The notes beneath the pieces were generated by a model that was not told where the DNA came from, searched no databases, and was given only the letters and a program-made list of their open reading frames with translations. Below are positions 7,438-17,168 of a stretch of 47,033 bases of DNA, piece after piece. Numbering within the stretch: position 1 is the first letter of the stretch; the number at the start of each line of letters is the position of its first letter. This DNA is from a virus. Its lineage: Duplodnaviria > Caudoviricetes. The stretch lies in the IMG/VR virus record IMGVR_UViG_3300025853_000159, positions 1 through 47,033 of that record; one strand, 5' to 3'. The position numbers and the translations under genes were made by a program.

Positions 7438-8115
7438 ATGAAAACAAAAGAACAAATCAGACACGACTTTGAGCAGAACCACTACCGTAAGCAGCGGGAG
7501 TTGGTCGATGCGGGGAAACTCGACTATTGGTCGTTGAGCGAGAAGAATAAAAAAGGGATTTTGCAGCAATGCAAAGATGAAGGAAAAAAATATCGTAATC
7601 TCAGTTGGATGGCAACAGAGTCTTTAAGTGACAATGATCCAGCCGTAGGCACTTCATCTGATATGATGTTTCATTACACTGAATACTATTACCGCCGCCT
7701 CGACCCGCTTCCGACAGAGGAGGAATCTGAAGAAGTAGCTGAGTTGAAACAGCAGATTGAGAACCTGACAAAAAGACTTGAGGCAGAAAGAGCCGACGCT
7801 CTGAAAAAAATACAGGGACTCAACGTAAAGGTGAGTGATCAAGAAAAATTTCTTGAGGAGCTGCTTGAGGAAAAAGAGAAGGAATTTCAGCGGCAAACAA
7901 ATAAGCTAGAGAAGAAATTATCCCAACAAACAAATTTAGCCACGCTTGCTACCGACACAGCTCAAGACAGATTGCAGGAACTCATCAAGCAAAAACAAGA
8001 GAATGGTCGTTTATTAGACGAGCTGCAACAGAAAGAAGTTTTGATTGAGAACTACCGTAAAGAAGAGGCGGCTCTTTATCAAGACATCCGTACCCTCGCA
8101 ATGAAGTTGGCATGA
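7438..8115 (+). CDS. Coiled-coil protein
   Basis: E/K/Q/L heptad-rich C-terminal half. Confidence 0.75.
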   Translation: MKTKEQIRHDFEQNHYRKQRELVDAGKLDYWSLSEKNKKGILQQCKDEGKKYRNLSWMATESLSDNDPAVGTSSDMMFHYTEYYYRRLDPLPTEEESEEVAELKQQIENLTKRLEAERADALKKIQGLNVKVSDQEKFLEELLEEKEKEFQRQTNKLEKKLSQQTNLATLATDTAQDRLQELIKQKQENGRLLDELQQKEVLIENYRKEEAALYQDIRTLAMKLA

Positions 8116-8333
8116 ACTGGATACTAACACACCTTGAGGGGACTGAGTACATTGCTGGTGAGAGAGACCATGGTGTCTTCACGAAGATTCACGGGAAGAT
8201 TGATCACCAGGAGGATGGTTTTCACTGGGCGGCGTTCCGGGGGCGTAAGGTGATCGTGGGAGAGTGTAAAACTTTTGGGGAGGCTACCACGGCGGTTGAG
8301 CGAGCCCTTGAATCAAATAACCTGAACCAATAA
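8112..8333 (+). CDS. Hypothetical protein
   Basis: ATGA overlap. Confidence 0.65.
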   Translation: MNWILTHLEGTEYIAGERDHGVFTKIHGKIDHQEDGFHWAAFRGRKVIVGECKTFGEATTAVERALESNNLNQ

Positions 8334-8340
8334 CGCAAAA

Positions 8341-8523
8341 ATGAAGAATGTAAGAACGGTAAAAGTGAAGGCTTCTAAAGAAAAGTCAGAAGGCAGGGGA
8401 CATGGGATGTTTCGGGATGTCGATAAGGCATTCAAGGAAGTCTTCAAGCGTCGGGGAAAGCCGACACCGAAGGTCAGTAATCATCGAGTAATGGAGTCGG
8501 AGTATTTGGAGATTTGGCAATGA
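8341..8523 (+). CDS. Hypothetical basic protein
   Basis: Fits the gene string. Confidence 0.55.
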   Translation: MKNVRTVKVKASKEKSEGRGHGMFRDVDKAFKEVFKRRGKPTPKVSNHRVMESEYLEIWQ

Positions 8524-8708
8524 GTTACAACTGGCACAGCGAGGACTTTAACCAAAAGCTGCGGGAGCACGAACGCTACCTCGATAATCTCATGGATCAC
8601 AACAATGGTGAAGAGGAAGAGCGGGAGTACGACCCGGAGGATGATATCGACGATGACGACCCTCGGTTGGAGCGTATGAGGGAGAGGTGTCCACGGAATT
8701 TCCCCTAA
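8520..8708 (+). CDS. Hypothetical acidic protein
   Basis: ATGA overlap; D/E-rich tract. Confidence 0.55.
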   Translation: MSYNWHSEDFNQKLREHERYLDNLMDHNNGEEEEREYDPEDDIDDDDPRLERMRERCPRNFP

Positions 8709-8801
8709 GAAGGAGAAAACAGGAAAGTAAGAACCGGGGCGAGGGGTTGTGAACTCCCCTTCATTGAGTCGCTGGCATGCCGACGAGACCCACGCATGCA
8801 A

Positions 8802-8833
8802 GGGGTAGCCTTCGGGTTGCCCCGTTTTGTTTT
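8802..8833 (+). terminator. Intrinsic terminator
   Basis: GGGGTAGCC-TTCG-GGTTGCCCC followed by GTTTTGTTTT. Confidence 0.85.
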
Positions 8834-8837
8834 AGGG

Positions 8838-8881
8838 GTTGCATAAGTCCCTCGGCTGATTGATGGATTGTCTGCTATACT
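8838..8881 (+). promoter_or_regulatory. Promoter for the packaging/head operon (GTTGCATAA box + extended -10 TGcTATACT)
   Basis: Directly after the terminator; box shared with 15566. Confidence 0.45.
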
Positions 8882-8893
8882 GCTTCCCATCGC

Positions 8894-9373
8894 ATGAGAT
8901 ACTACCTAGATACTGAATTTTACGAAACACCTGGATCAATTGAGTTGATCTCTCTTGGTATGGTTTCTGAGGATGGCCGAGAACTGTACTTTGAGACTCC
9001 TGAGTCCAGGAAACTTAGTCAGCAAACACCATGGCTCTTCGATAACGTCCTCCCTCACCTGAAGGCGAAATATGACGTTGAACGGGCAAATGATGTTGAA
9101 CAGAAAAAATTAATCTTGGACTTCATCGGCGACGACAAGTCTCCAGAGTTCTACGGATACTACGCAGACTACGATTGGGTTGTGTTCTGCTGGATCTTTG
9201 GCCGAATGATCGACCTGCCTGAGCATTTCCCTATGTACTGCATTGATCTTAAACAGATATTGGATGCGGCTGAGTTAAGAATCCCTGACTCAATGAAGCC
9301 TGTTAGCACTCATGATGCATTAGAGGATGCCCGATACCATAAACGTATCCACGATTGGATTTTACAGTTATGA
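8894..9373 (+). CDS. DEDDh 3'-5' exo(ribo)nuclease, RNase AS/Rv2179c-like
   Basis: YLDTEF..LISLGMV..YADYDWV..HDALEDAR. Confidence 0.85.
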   Translation: MRYYLDTEFYETPGSIELISLGMVSEDGRELYFETPESRKLSQQTPWLFDNVLPHLKAKYDVERANDVEQKKLILDFIGDDKSPEFYGYYADYDWVVFCWIFGRMIDLPEHFPMYCIDLKQILDAAELRIPDSMKPVSTHDALEDARYHKRIHDWILQL

Positions 9374-10032
9374 ATGAACTAAACCAGGTCGAGCTTACGC
9401 AAATTAAGAACCGTCTTTTCGGTCAATACTGCATCAACTCCCCCAGTCTCGGGCCCTTTGAGTGCTTTCGAATGGCTCCAGGTATCCTGGCAGTCCCGAA
9501 TCTTCCGGAATGGGCGAAAAACATGTTCCGGACCCAGCAAATCGGGTTCTTTGACAAGAAAACTCCGCAAACCGTCAACCGATACTGGATGAGATCTGGC
9601 GGAGGTCAACCAATGGTGCTCAACCAGGGTGATTGGTTCGTAAAAGTGTGCGATGAACCGTTGCAAATCAATCGCTACACCCCGGAAGCCTTCAATTTAA
9701 AGTACGGGGCGAAGGAAATCATTGCTCCGGCGGGAATTGAGGCTCCAATGGAGCGAACGGTCGAGGTTTATGCCCCTACGCATGATGAAATCGTGTTGGC
9801 AGGCGAGATTGAGACTTATTTGGAAGTCGCTTGTGCAGGGGGAGTGTCCAAGGCATACTACCATTACCTCGAAGTCGCCAAAGACATGCTCCGGACAGGT
9901 CCATTAAAGAACCGGATGGAGCCAATCCGGAAATATTTGGCAAAATTGGCGGAAAAAGGAGGGCAAGTGTACCAATCGAAGTATTACAAGCTGCTTTCGC
10001 AGGCAGTGGAGTTTATGGATGGTGAGGAATGA
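9370..10032 (+). CDS. Hypothetical phage protein
   Basis: Overlaps both neighbours; GDWFVK..YTPEAFNLKY resembles a common phage domain of unknown function. Confidence 0.75.
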   Translation: MNELNQVELTQIKNRLFGQYCINSPSLGPFECFRMAPGILAVPNLPEWAKNMFRTQQIGFFDKKTPQTVNRYWMRSGGGQPMVLNQGDWFVKVCDEPLQINRYTPEAFNLKYGAKEIIAPAGIEAPMERTVEVYAPTHDEIVLAGEIETYLEVACAGGVSKAYYHYLEVAKDMLRTGPLKNRMEPIRKYLAKLAEKGGQVYQSKYYKLLSQAVEFMDGEE

Positions 10033-11756
10033 TCACCCGCTATGATTACGAGTTCCCTGACGACTGGGACGACCTGAAGATAGAGCTTTGGTGCTTGGCG
10101 AATGCGGAAGACACGCATCTACACCTGAAGCACTGCATGTTCATGCTTTGGCCCCATCTCTACACGGGCGAAATTGCACCAGGTGTCCCTCGATGGAGGG
10201 CGGATCTGGAGCTAATGACGTGGGCTTGGTCGAATTATCGGACGATGACGGTGATTGGACACGCCTCCGCCGGCAAGACGCATACAATGGCCCATATTGC
10301 CTATACGCACTACCTAGCGGACGCAGCGAACACGATTATTACCCTGACCTCGACCCACCTTCCAGGACTCAAGAAGCGTCTCTGGTCCGACGTGGTGAGT
10401 GCTCACAAAACCTCAATCATTTCGCAGAGTGGGGCGGACTGTATGCACATTCGCCCGTACGACATGACGATTCGGCCAGCCCAGAACCCGAAAGAGGACA
10501 AATACATCATTGAGGGGATTGCTGTTGACCGTGGCGAAGAGGCAGTGACCCGAATTCAAGGAAATCACTCCCGGAATCACCGTTATGTGATCATTGATGA
10601 GGCTGAAGGTACGCACCAAGCGATATTTGATGCAGCATCCAACTTGATGACCGACAATGACTTCCGATGGGCGATGCTGGCCAACCCTGAGAATGAGAAT
10701 GGAGAGTTTGGAAGTTGGTGCGAGCCGACACATGGTTGGAATTCCATCGACCCTGACGAAGATTTGCATTGGGAGACTGCAAGAGGTGGGGTTTGTGTTC
10801 GCCTTGATGGGTTGAAGTCGGCAAACTTCCGCGACCCTGCACCCGAAGGCAAAAAGCCGTACTTCCCATTCCTGATCGACCAAGCGTATGTAGACCGGAT
10901 CAAAAAAGCGTATGGTTTTGAATCTGCAAGATGGTGGATATTTGTGCGTGGATGGTTCCCGCCAGCGGGGTCCATGGGCTCCATCTTCTCAAAAAACATC
11001 CTTGGACATGCCCTGGAGCGGATTTTGTACAACTATCCACCAACGCCATGTGCTACGCTGGACCCTGCGTTTGAAGGGGACGACGAATGTATTTTGCAGT
11101 TTGGTGAGTACGGAGCGGCGAACGGGTCCGACTACGCCTTCAACTTTATTGAATCCGTCACTGTGAAGGCCCAGGTACAGATAGGCGGCGAACCCCTAGA
11201 CTACGTGATTGCCCATGAGGTCATGCGTGAGTGTGCCTTGAGGGGCGTTCGACCGGAGAACTTCATTATGGACACCACTGGAGCAGGACGTGGTGTTTAC
11301 GCGATCCTTCGAAAAGAGTGGGGATTGATCAATAAATGCGACTTTGGCGGGAATCCTAGTGACCGGAAATTGCGGGCCTATGACGATTCGACCTGTGCGG
11401 ACTTATTTGATCGATTCGTGACGGAACTTTGGTTTTCGTGCCGGGTCTTCATGGAAGCCGGATTGATCGGGAATGTGACGATCCGGGAAAAGAAGCTTCG
11501 GGAACAATTGGCGGCTCGGAGGTTCGAAATGAAGTCCAAGAAAGAGTCGATTGAGACCAAGAAGGATATGAAAAAGCGGTTGGGGTATTCTCCTGACCAT
11601 GCGGACGCATTTGTGCTGTTTACAGAGCTTTTGAAAAGAAAAGGTGCGATTACCGAGGATACTGCTGTAGTATTAAGGGATGTGCAGGCAGAGATGGACA
11701 GGGCAGTTGCGTATAGCGAGACACAAGTAGAGGAGTTCAGTCATGGAAACTTCTAA
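10029..11756 (+). CDS. terL: Terminase large subunit
   Basis: Walker A GHASAGKT, Walker B VIIDEA, LANP coupling motif, RNase H-like nuclease residues LDPA, MDTTG, SPDHADA. Confidence 0.9.
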   Translation: MITRYDYEFPDDWDDLKIELWCLANAEDTHLHLKHCMFMLWPHLYTGEIAPGVPRWRADLELMTWAWSNYRTMTVIGHASAGKTHTMAHIAYTHYLADAANTIITLTSTHLPGLKKRLWSDVVSAHKTSIISQSGADCMHIRPYDMTIRPAQNPKEDKYIIEGIAVDRGEEAVTRIQGNHSRNHRYVIIDEAEGTHQAIFDAASNLMTDNDFRWAMLANPENENGEFGSWCEPTHGWNSIDPDEDLHWETARGGVCVRLDGLKSANFRDPAPEGKKPYFPFLIDQAYVDRIKKAYGFESARWWIFVRGWFPPAGSMGSIFSKNILGHALERILYNYPPTPCATLDPAFEGDDECILQFGEYGAANGSDYAFNFIESVTVKAQVQIGGEPLDYVIAHEVMRECALRGVRPENFIMDTTGAGRGVYAILRKEWGLINKCDFGGNPSDRKLRAYDDSTCADLFDRFVTELWFSCRVFMEAGLIGNVTIREKKLREQLAARRFEMKSKKESIETKKDMKKRLGYSPDHADAFVLFTELLKRKGAITEDTAVVLRDVQAEMDRAVAYSETQVEEFSHGNF

Positions 11757-11988
11757 GAAATTTTTAAAAACAGTGGAAACCGTACCGCCTGGTGGATGGA
11801 AATACATTGACCCAGACTCGAAACTAGAGATTCTGGGAACGTCATTTGATAGGCTCAAAGATCAAGTACTGACTCATCGGACGTACTTAGGGAACGACAC
11901 AACCAACTACCCGGATGAAATCGAACATCAGATTTGTTCGAGGATTCCGGAGTCCTGGGTGCAGGACGAACCGAGGCCACACAAATGA
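11743..11988 (+). CDS. Hypothetical protein between terminase and portal
   Basis: VPPGGWKY..IEHQIC; overlaps both neighbours. Confidence 0.75.
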   Translation: METSKKFLKTVETVPPGGWKYIDPDSKLEILGTSFDRLKDQVLTHRTYLGNDTTNYPDEIEHQICSRIPESWVQDEPRPHK

Positions 11989-14105
11989 ATACTTTGGAGA
12001 TAGAGGTAAAAGAACGCAAGGTGGGTGACGCACAGTCTGCCCATACGCTTTACACCAAGATGCAGAAGCATCACGAAGAGCGGGAAAAAGGCTTTGCGTT
12101 GATTGAGAACCAAATCAACGGAGGTAAACCCTACGACCCAGCAAAACTGGCACAACAAGGCCAATCATGGCGAGCCAACTTCAACTTCGGAGATGCTGCC
12201 AGTGCATTAGAGCAGGCCCAAGTCTCCTACTGGAGATTATTGCACGATACCAGCAACCTCATCAACGTGGAGATCCATACGGATCACCCAGACCGTGACC
12301 GATGGGCTCAAACCATTATGCAAAACTTCAATCGATTCATTGAGGATTGGGGTGATGAGTATGTGTTGAATTATTTGAACTTTTCCCGAAACCATTTGCT
12401 GTATGGAGTCGGTCCAATCCTTTTCCCGAACCGAGATACGGCACGTTGGAAGCCAGTCCGAACCAATGACATTATGGTTCCCGACCGGGCTCCCGCATCT
12501 TCCTCCAACCAGGATATACTTTTGGTGAAAGAAGAGTTTTCGATCTCCCAACTATGGGAAAGAATCCGCACCGAAGAGAACAAGAAGGCATCGACGGTTC
12601 GCGGGTGGAATGTGGATGGGATCAAGAAACTGCTCAATCATTCCATCCGTGGTAACAAGAACACTGACACTCAGGACTGGGTGAAGGTTGAGGACCGTAT
12701 CCGGAACAAAAGTACTCAGCTTTCCGAAGAGCATGGTATGATCGAAGTCGTCACCATCTACGTGAAGGAATGGGATGGGAAAGTGTCCAAGATCATCTTC
12801 AGTGACAAGTTTGTTGAAGCGGGATTCATTTTTGACGATTACAACACCAGCTTCCGGGGCGAGGACATTTCCGATGATATTTCCTTCGTGTTCTTTGAGG
12901 TAGGCAATGGAATGTTCCACAGTGTGAGAGGGTTTGGTTACAAAAACTATCAAACCTCCATCGCAATGAACCGTTTAAAGTGTAAGATCCTGGACCGTTG
13001 CACCATTGAAGGGTTGAACTTCCGCGATAACTCCGAAGGTACACGTACCACCATCCCCATTCTCAATATGGGAGCGTACAATATCGTCCCACGCGACTTG
13101 GAGCAATTACCGAACTATCCTGGTAGTTCATCCATTAGGGATGCTATTGGAATCGTGAACGACACGGTGAACTTTAATAATGCCCGGTATCGTGATCAGT
13201 CCAGCCAAATTGAGAATACTGACACGGCAACGCAGGCCCGTATCCTTGCCAACCTTCAATCACAGGTCGAAGTTTCGAACTCCACCCTGTATCTGAAGCA
13301 GTTCGCGAAGAACATCATGGCGAAGCAATTGGAGCGGTTGATGCGTAGGGGTAATGATGATCCAGATGCCAAACTCTTTCAGGAACGGTGCTTGAAAGGT
13401 GGGCTTATTCCAAAAGAGGCATTGCACACTATGGAGTATGCAATTGGTACTGGAGCCGACCCAGGCAGAACATCCGCAGCTCTCCAAGCAGAGATCACTT
13501 TTCAACTTCTCCAATTGGCATCCAACGATGTGGATAAGACCTCGGCTATTGAGGGATACTTGGAATCAACCCTTGGGGCATCTTCGGTCAAACGATACAT
13601 TAAACCAAGAGATGAACTGGAAGACCCATCTTCAAAGCGACTTGCTCAACTGGAAAATACTAGTCTCGGTGACGGCGTTCCAATTGAAGTCTCCCAGCGT
13701 GACGATCATGTGGTCCACATCATGACCCACATCGAACCCTTGATGCAAATTGTGGGGACTGCTCAAACCGTGGAGGAAGGACAAATTGGAATGCCAGCCA
13801 ATGCGGGAATTCCACAGCAACCTTCACTGAGCCAGGAACAGATGATAGCACTGGAGACCAGTCTACCACACATCGAAACACATTTGCAGTACTTGTCTCA
13901 GGATGAATACAAGAATGCTGAATACCAGGAACTTTCTGCGGTGTTCAAGCAATTACAATCTACAGCCATGGGAATGATAAGGAAGATCCAGGAGGTCGCC
14001 ATGGCTTTTGCAAACCAACAACAATTCGGAGAACCCGAACAATTACCAAATGAACCTACTCAAGAGTTTATTCCAGAAGGAAACCCAGCCGACAGCTTTA
14101 ATTAA
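11985..14105 (+). CDS. Portal protein
   Basis: About 706 aa, after TerL; TATQA motif, DDHVVHI..H and Q-rich C-terminus as in podoviral portals. Confidence 0.8.
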   Translation: MNTLEIEVKERKVGDAQSAHTLYTKMQKHHEEREKGFALIENQINGGKPYDPAKLAQQGQSWRANFNFGDAASALEQAQVSYWRLLHDTSNLINVEIHTDHPDRDRWAQTIMQNFNRFIEDWGDEYVLNYLNFSRNHLLYGVGPILFPNRDTARWKPVRTNDIMVPDRAPASSSNQDILLVKEEFSISQLWERIRTEENKKASTVRGWNVDGIKKLLNHSIRGNKNTDTQDWVKVEDRIRNKSTQLSEEHGMIEVVTIYVKEWDGKVSKIIFSDKFVEAGFIFDDYNTSFRGEDISDDISFVFFEVGNGMFHSVRGFGYKNYQTSIAMNRLKCKILDRCTIEGLNFRDNSEGTRTTIPILNMGAYNIVPRDLEQLPNYPGSSSIRDAIGIVNDTVNFNNARYRDQSSQIENTDTATQARILANLQSQVEVSNSTLYLKQFAKNIMAKQLERLMRRGNDDPDAKLFQERCLKGGLIPKEALHTMEYAIGTGADPGRTSAALQAEITFQLLQLASNDVDKTSAIEGYLESTLGASSVKRYIKPRDELEDPSSKRLAQLENTSLGDGVPIEVSQRDDHVVHIMTHIEPLMQIVGTAQTVEEGQIGMPANAGIPQQPSLSQEQMIALETSLPHIETHLQYLSQDEYKNAEYQELSAVFKQLQSTAMGMIRKIQEVAMAFANQQQFGEPEQLPNEPTQEFIPEGNPADSFN

Positions 14106-14391
14106 GCGAGTTCCCCGCATCCTCCCGACAGAACGGGAGATGACGCAGGGCGAACGTGAACGCATTGCGAAATGGTTGGAACTGCCAGACACACAAATGG
14201 CGTTGAGTTTCCTGGAGGCTAAACGTCCGTCGGTATTTCCACCAAACGGAGTGGACACATCTTCACGGCTATACCAATTACAAGGATGGGCGACCTATCG
14301 CAATGAGTTACTTGGATTAGCGACCGTGCCGAATAGAAAGGAATTCATTGAGGAAGAATTCCAGACACCAGATTTATTCAGAATATACTAA
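14050..14391 (+). CDS. Hypothetical protein (post-portal)
   Basis: Small helical ORF in the usual position between portal and scaffold. Confidence 0.65.
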   Translation: MNLLKSLFQKETQPTALIKRVPRILPTEREMTQGERERIAKWLELPDTQMALSFLEAKRPSVFPPNGVDTSSRLYQLQGWATYRNELLGLATVPNRKEFIEEEFQTPDLFRIY

Positions 14392-14402
14392 AAGGATCGA
14401 AA

Positions 14403-15566
14403 ATGTCAGACGAAACCACACTAGAAGCAAAAGCACAAAATGATGAGAGCGTTGCCGCCCACTTGGCGGACGCTAAAGCAATTTTTGGAGAGGAGGTAAA
14501 AAATGAAAAGAAAGAGCAAACCACAGAAGAAAGCTCGAAAGAAACCAGCAAGCCGCAAGAAAACGCGGCCAATGAGTTACTGAAGAGCGTGGGGATTAAT
14601 ACGGGGAAAGAGGAAGCGAAGACCGAGGAAAAGAAACCCGACGACGATAGCGACCTCACCCCTCCCCCGGAAGATTCCGATAACCGAGCCCACTGGAATA
14701 CTCTGAAGGAGCGGAAGAATGAAGCCCTTGCCCGTGTAGCGGAGCTAGAGAAGCAACTTGCTGAACGCCCGACAGGTGATGATGCTGCGGCGGAATCCCT
14801 GAAGGCCCGTGTGAAGGAACTGGAGACTCAGAACGAGCAATATTCTTCCCGGTTGAAAGAATTGGATTTCAAATCTCATCCAGAGTATTTCAATCAGTAC
14901 GAGAAACCGATCCAAGAGGCCCAGGATACTCTGAAGCAAATTGCAGACCAAGAAGGTGTTGATATCAATGTGGAAGCCCTTTCTGCTCTCAAAGGCAAGG
15001 AATTCGCAGAGTCAGTATCTGATACTCTGGAACAGCTCTCCAGATTCAATGGGGATCGATTCTCCAGTGCGGCTCAACAACTTTTAGCAAAAATCAGTGA
15101 GCGAGATGCTATTTCGGAAAACTCCGAAGAGTTTATTCAAAAGGCCAATGAAGAGTTCCAAGCACAGACCCGTGCAATCTTCGATGAAGTGTCTGGAGCA
15201 TATTCGCAAGTGCTCACACCTATGGAGATTCCTGCGGATGCTGACGACGCAACCAAGGTGGATATCGAAGCATATAATACAGAATTGAGCAATGTGGCTA
15301 AGGTCGCAGAACAATTGGCGTTTGGTAATATCGGTCAGCAAGAAGTGGCTCAAATGGCGAATGAGGCGGCTCAGTACCGATTCTTGATGAGCCAAGGATT
15401 GCAGCGAATGGCAACCAATGCGGCGGCGAGGATTGAAGCGTTGGAGACGGAGTTGAATGCGATCAAGGCAGCAGGACCGACCTACCAGCCAAGGACAACC
15501 TCGACTCAATCAACATCAATGGCAGATCTCGATCATATTGAGGCAGCAAGAGCGGCATTTGGGTAG
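14403..15566 (+). CDS. Capsid scaffolding protein
   Basis: Acidic, coiled-coil, immediately upstream of the capsid gene. Confidence 0.7.
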   Translation: MSDETTLEAKAQNDESVAAHLADAKAIFGEEVKNEKKEQTTEESSKETSKPQENAANELLKSVGINTGKEEAKTEEKKPDDDSDLTPPPEDSDNRAHWNTLKERKNEALARVAELEKQLAERPTGDDAAAESLKARVKELETQNEQYSSRLKELDFKSHPEYFNQYEKPIQEAQDTLKQIADQEGVDINVEALSALKGKEFAESVSDTLEQLSRFNGDRFSSAAQQLLAKISERDAISENSEEFIQKANEEFQAQTRAIFDEVSGAYSQVLTPMEIPADADDATKVDIEAYNTELSNVAKVAEQLAFGNIGQQEVAQMANEAAQYRFLMSQGLQRMATNAAARIEALETELNAIKAAGPTYQPRTTSTQSTSMADLDHIEAARAAFG

Positions 15567-15624
15567 TTGCATAACTCGCTATTGACGGGAGACATTCCCG
15601 CATTCAGATTGTAGTCAACTTAGA

Positions 15625-15750
15625 TGTGAGGTAGTGCCTCACGGTCAATCCGCTACGAGTGACGCCGTAGTGACAGTAGATGCCTAGCAGTCCCGATGGC
15701 ACGTGGACAGAGAACCTCCGGGTTGAACTGTCTTTGTGCTTCAGCCCGGT
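15625..15750 (+). ncRNA. Putative structured 5' leader RNA of the major capsid gene
   Basis: Series of hairpins, including two mutually exclusive stems (15705-15733 vs 15718-15749). Confidence 0.45.
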
Positions 15751-15779
15751 AAAACCACAACTTCAATTTATTTTTTACA

Positions 15780-17099
15780 ATGGCTGATCTAAACAACTAT
15801 TTTCGGACCCGACGGAATCAGTACCAGAAGGACACTATCCAACGCCTTTACCGGGCAAACCCGATTCGATCCCTCATCAATCACCGTGAATACGCGGGTG
15901 CTGACGGAGAGAATCCTACAATCGTTACCTACACTCACGAACTTCCTGAGACGTACCCATTCAACGCGACTGCTGCTGGCTCTGACTTGACAGACTTCGT
16001 AATGGAGCAAATCAAACGGACCAACCACGAAGGTACGACCAACACCAACTACATTGGTGAGAACAGTACCACCACGACCGATCCGAATGCGTTGCTTGCT
16101 GGAAATCCTGCGAACACTGTAAATTCTCCGGTCGGTACGGGTACTCTTGCTGACGTTGGCAATCCTACTCAGTACGAGATCCGCCGTGGTCAAATCGAGC
16201 GTACCTTCGAAATCCGCCAAATCTCCTTTGAGACGGCAGATATTGCTCTGGATGACATCAAACGATCATGGCAGGCTGCTGAGGCTGCGGGTGCATTTGG
16301 TCGATCCCTCCAGGAGTTCATTCAGGTGTTCTTCTCTGACTGGTATCGTGTGCAGAACATCAGCATGGTTACTAACAAGTATATCCCCACAGATGCTACC
16401 GCAGGGACACTTGAGGAAGATGATTACACTCAGAACTTCTCGAATGTAACCGGAGATCCTACCCCATCACAATTGGAATGGTGGCACTTGGAAGAATTGT
16501 ACTGGGATTTGGTTGCTCGTGGAGTTGCTGATGAACTCGCAGTTGGTGAAGTCAACGGCCAACCTGTCCTTCCATTGGTTTGCTCTCCAAAGGTGAAGAA
16601 CTACCTCTGGCGGGATGAATCCAACCTTGCACAAGACCTTCGCTGGTTTGACCCAGGTTCCCGTTTAGCCAAGTTCGGCTACAAAGGTGCAATCAAAGGT
16701 TTCATCCCTGTTATTGATGTCTTCTCAATGCGTGCTGCTGACGCAACGGCGGTTACTAACGGAACCTTCGTTTATCCAACGCAAAATGAGGCAACGAGTT
16801 TTGGCTTCCGCCATAAACCTCGTGCAGCTTATAAGACTGCTACATGCGAGGTCGCGACGATCCTTCCAATGGACGTGTACGAGTGTGTGTATGAAGCCAG
16901 TACCCCAACTGCCTTCGACGGTATGGAGTTTGATCCACAGGATTATTCCGGTGAGTTCCACTTCATCAACACCAAGACCTATAAGGGCGACAATGACCGT
17001 GGAAACCGCGGTTACTACCTTGCAGATATTCGCATTGGTGCGAAACCACGGAACCCGGATCTCGGTGTAGCGATCATGCACGACATCTCCGGGCTATAA
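15780..17099 (+). CDS. Major capsid protein
   Basis: 439 aa after scaffold; own leader and terminator; C/T-ending codon bias suggesting high expression. Confidence 0.8.
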   Translation: MADLNNYFRTRRNQYQKDTIQRLYRANPIRSLINHREYAGADGENPTIVTYTHELPETYPFNATAAGSDLTDFVMEQIKRTNHEGTTNTNYIGENSTTTTDPNALLAGNPANTVNSPVGTGTLADVGNPTQYEIRRGQIERTFEIRQISFETADIALDDIKRSWQAAEAAGAFGRSLQEFIQVFFSDWYRVQNISMVTNKYIPTDATAGTLEEDDYTQNFSNVTGDPTPSQLEWWHLEELYWDLVARGVADELAVGEVNGQPVLPLVCSPKVKNYLWRDESNLAQDLRWFDPGSRLAKFGYKGAIKGFIPVIDVFSMRAADATAVTNGTFVYPTQNEATSFGFRHKPRAAYKTATCEVATILPMDVYECVYEASTPTAFDGMEFDPQDYSGEFHFINTKTYKGDNDRGNRGYYLADIRIGAKPRNPDLGVAIMHDISGL

Positions 17100-17120
17100 T
17101 CTTCGATCCTATCATTCACA

Positions 17121-17161
17121 TGGGGCTGGGAGGTTTCGACCCCTCCCAGTCCCCAACTTTT
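17121..17161 (+). terminator. Intrinsic terminator after the capsid gene
   Basis: TGGGGCTGGGAGG-loop-CCTCCCAGTCCCCA followed by ACTTTT. Confidence 0.75.
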
Positions 17162-17168
17162 AGAGAAA

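Noticed and set aside
15590-15760. tRNA or suppressor tRNA in intergenic regions
   Set aside because: No cloverleaf with T-loop GTTCRA and acceptor stem was found by eye here or in the other gaps; tRNAscan-SE or ARAGORN would confirm.
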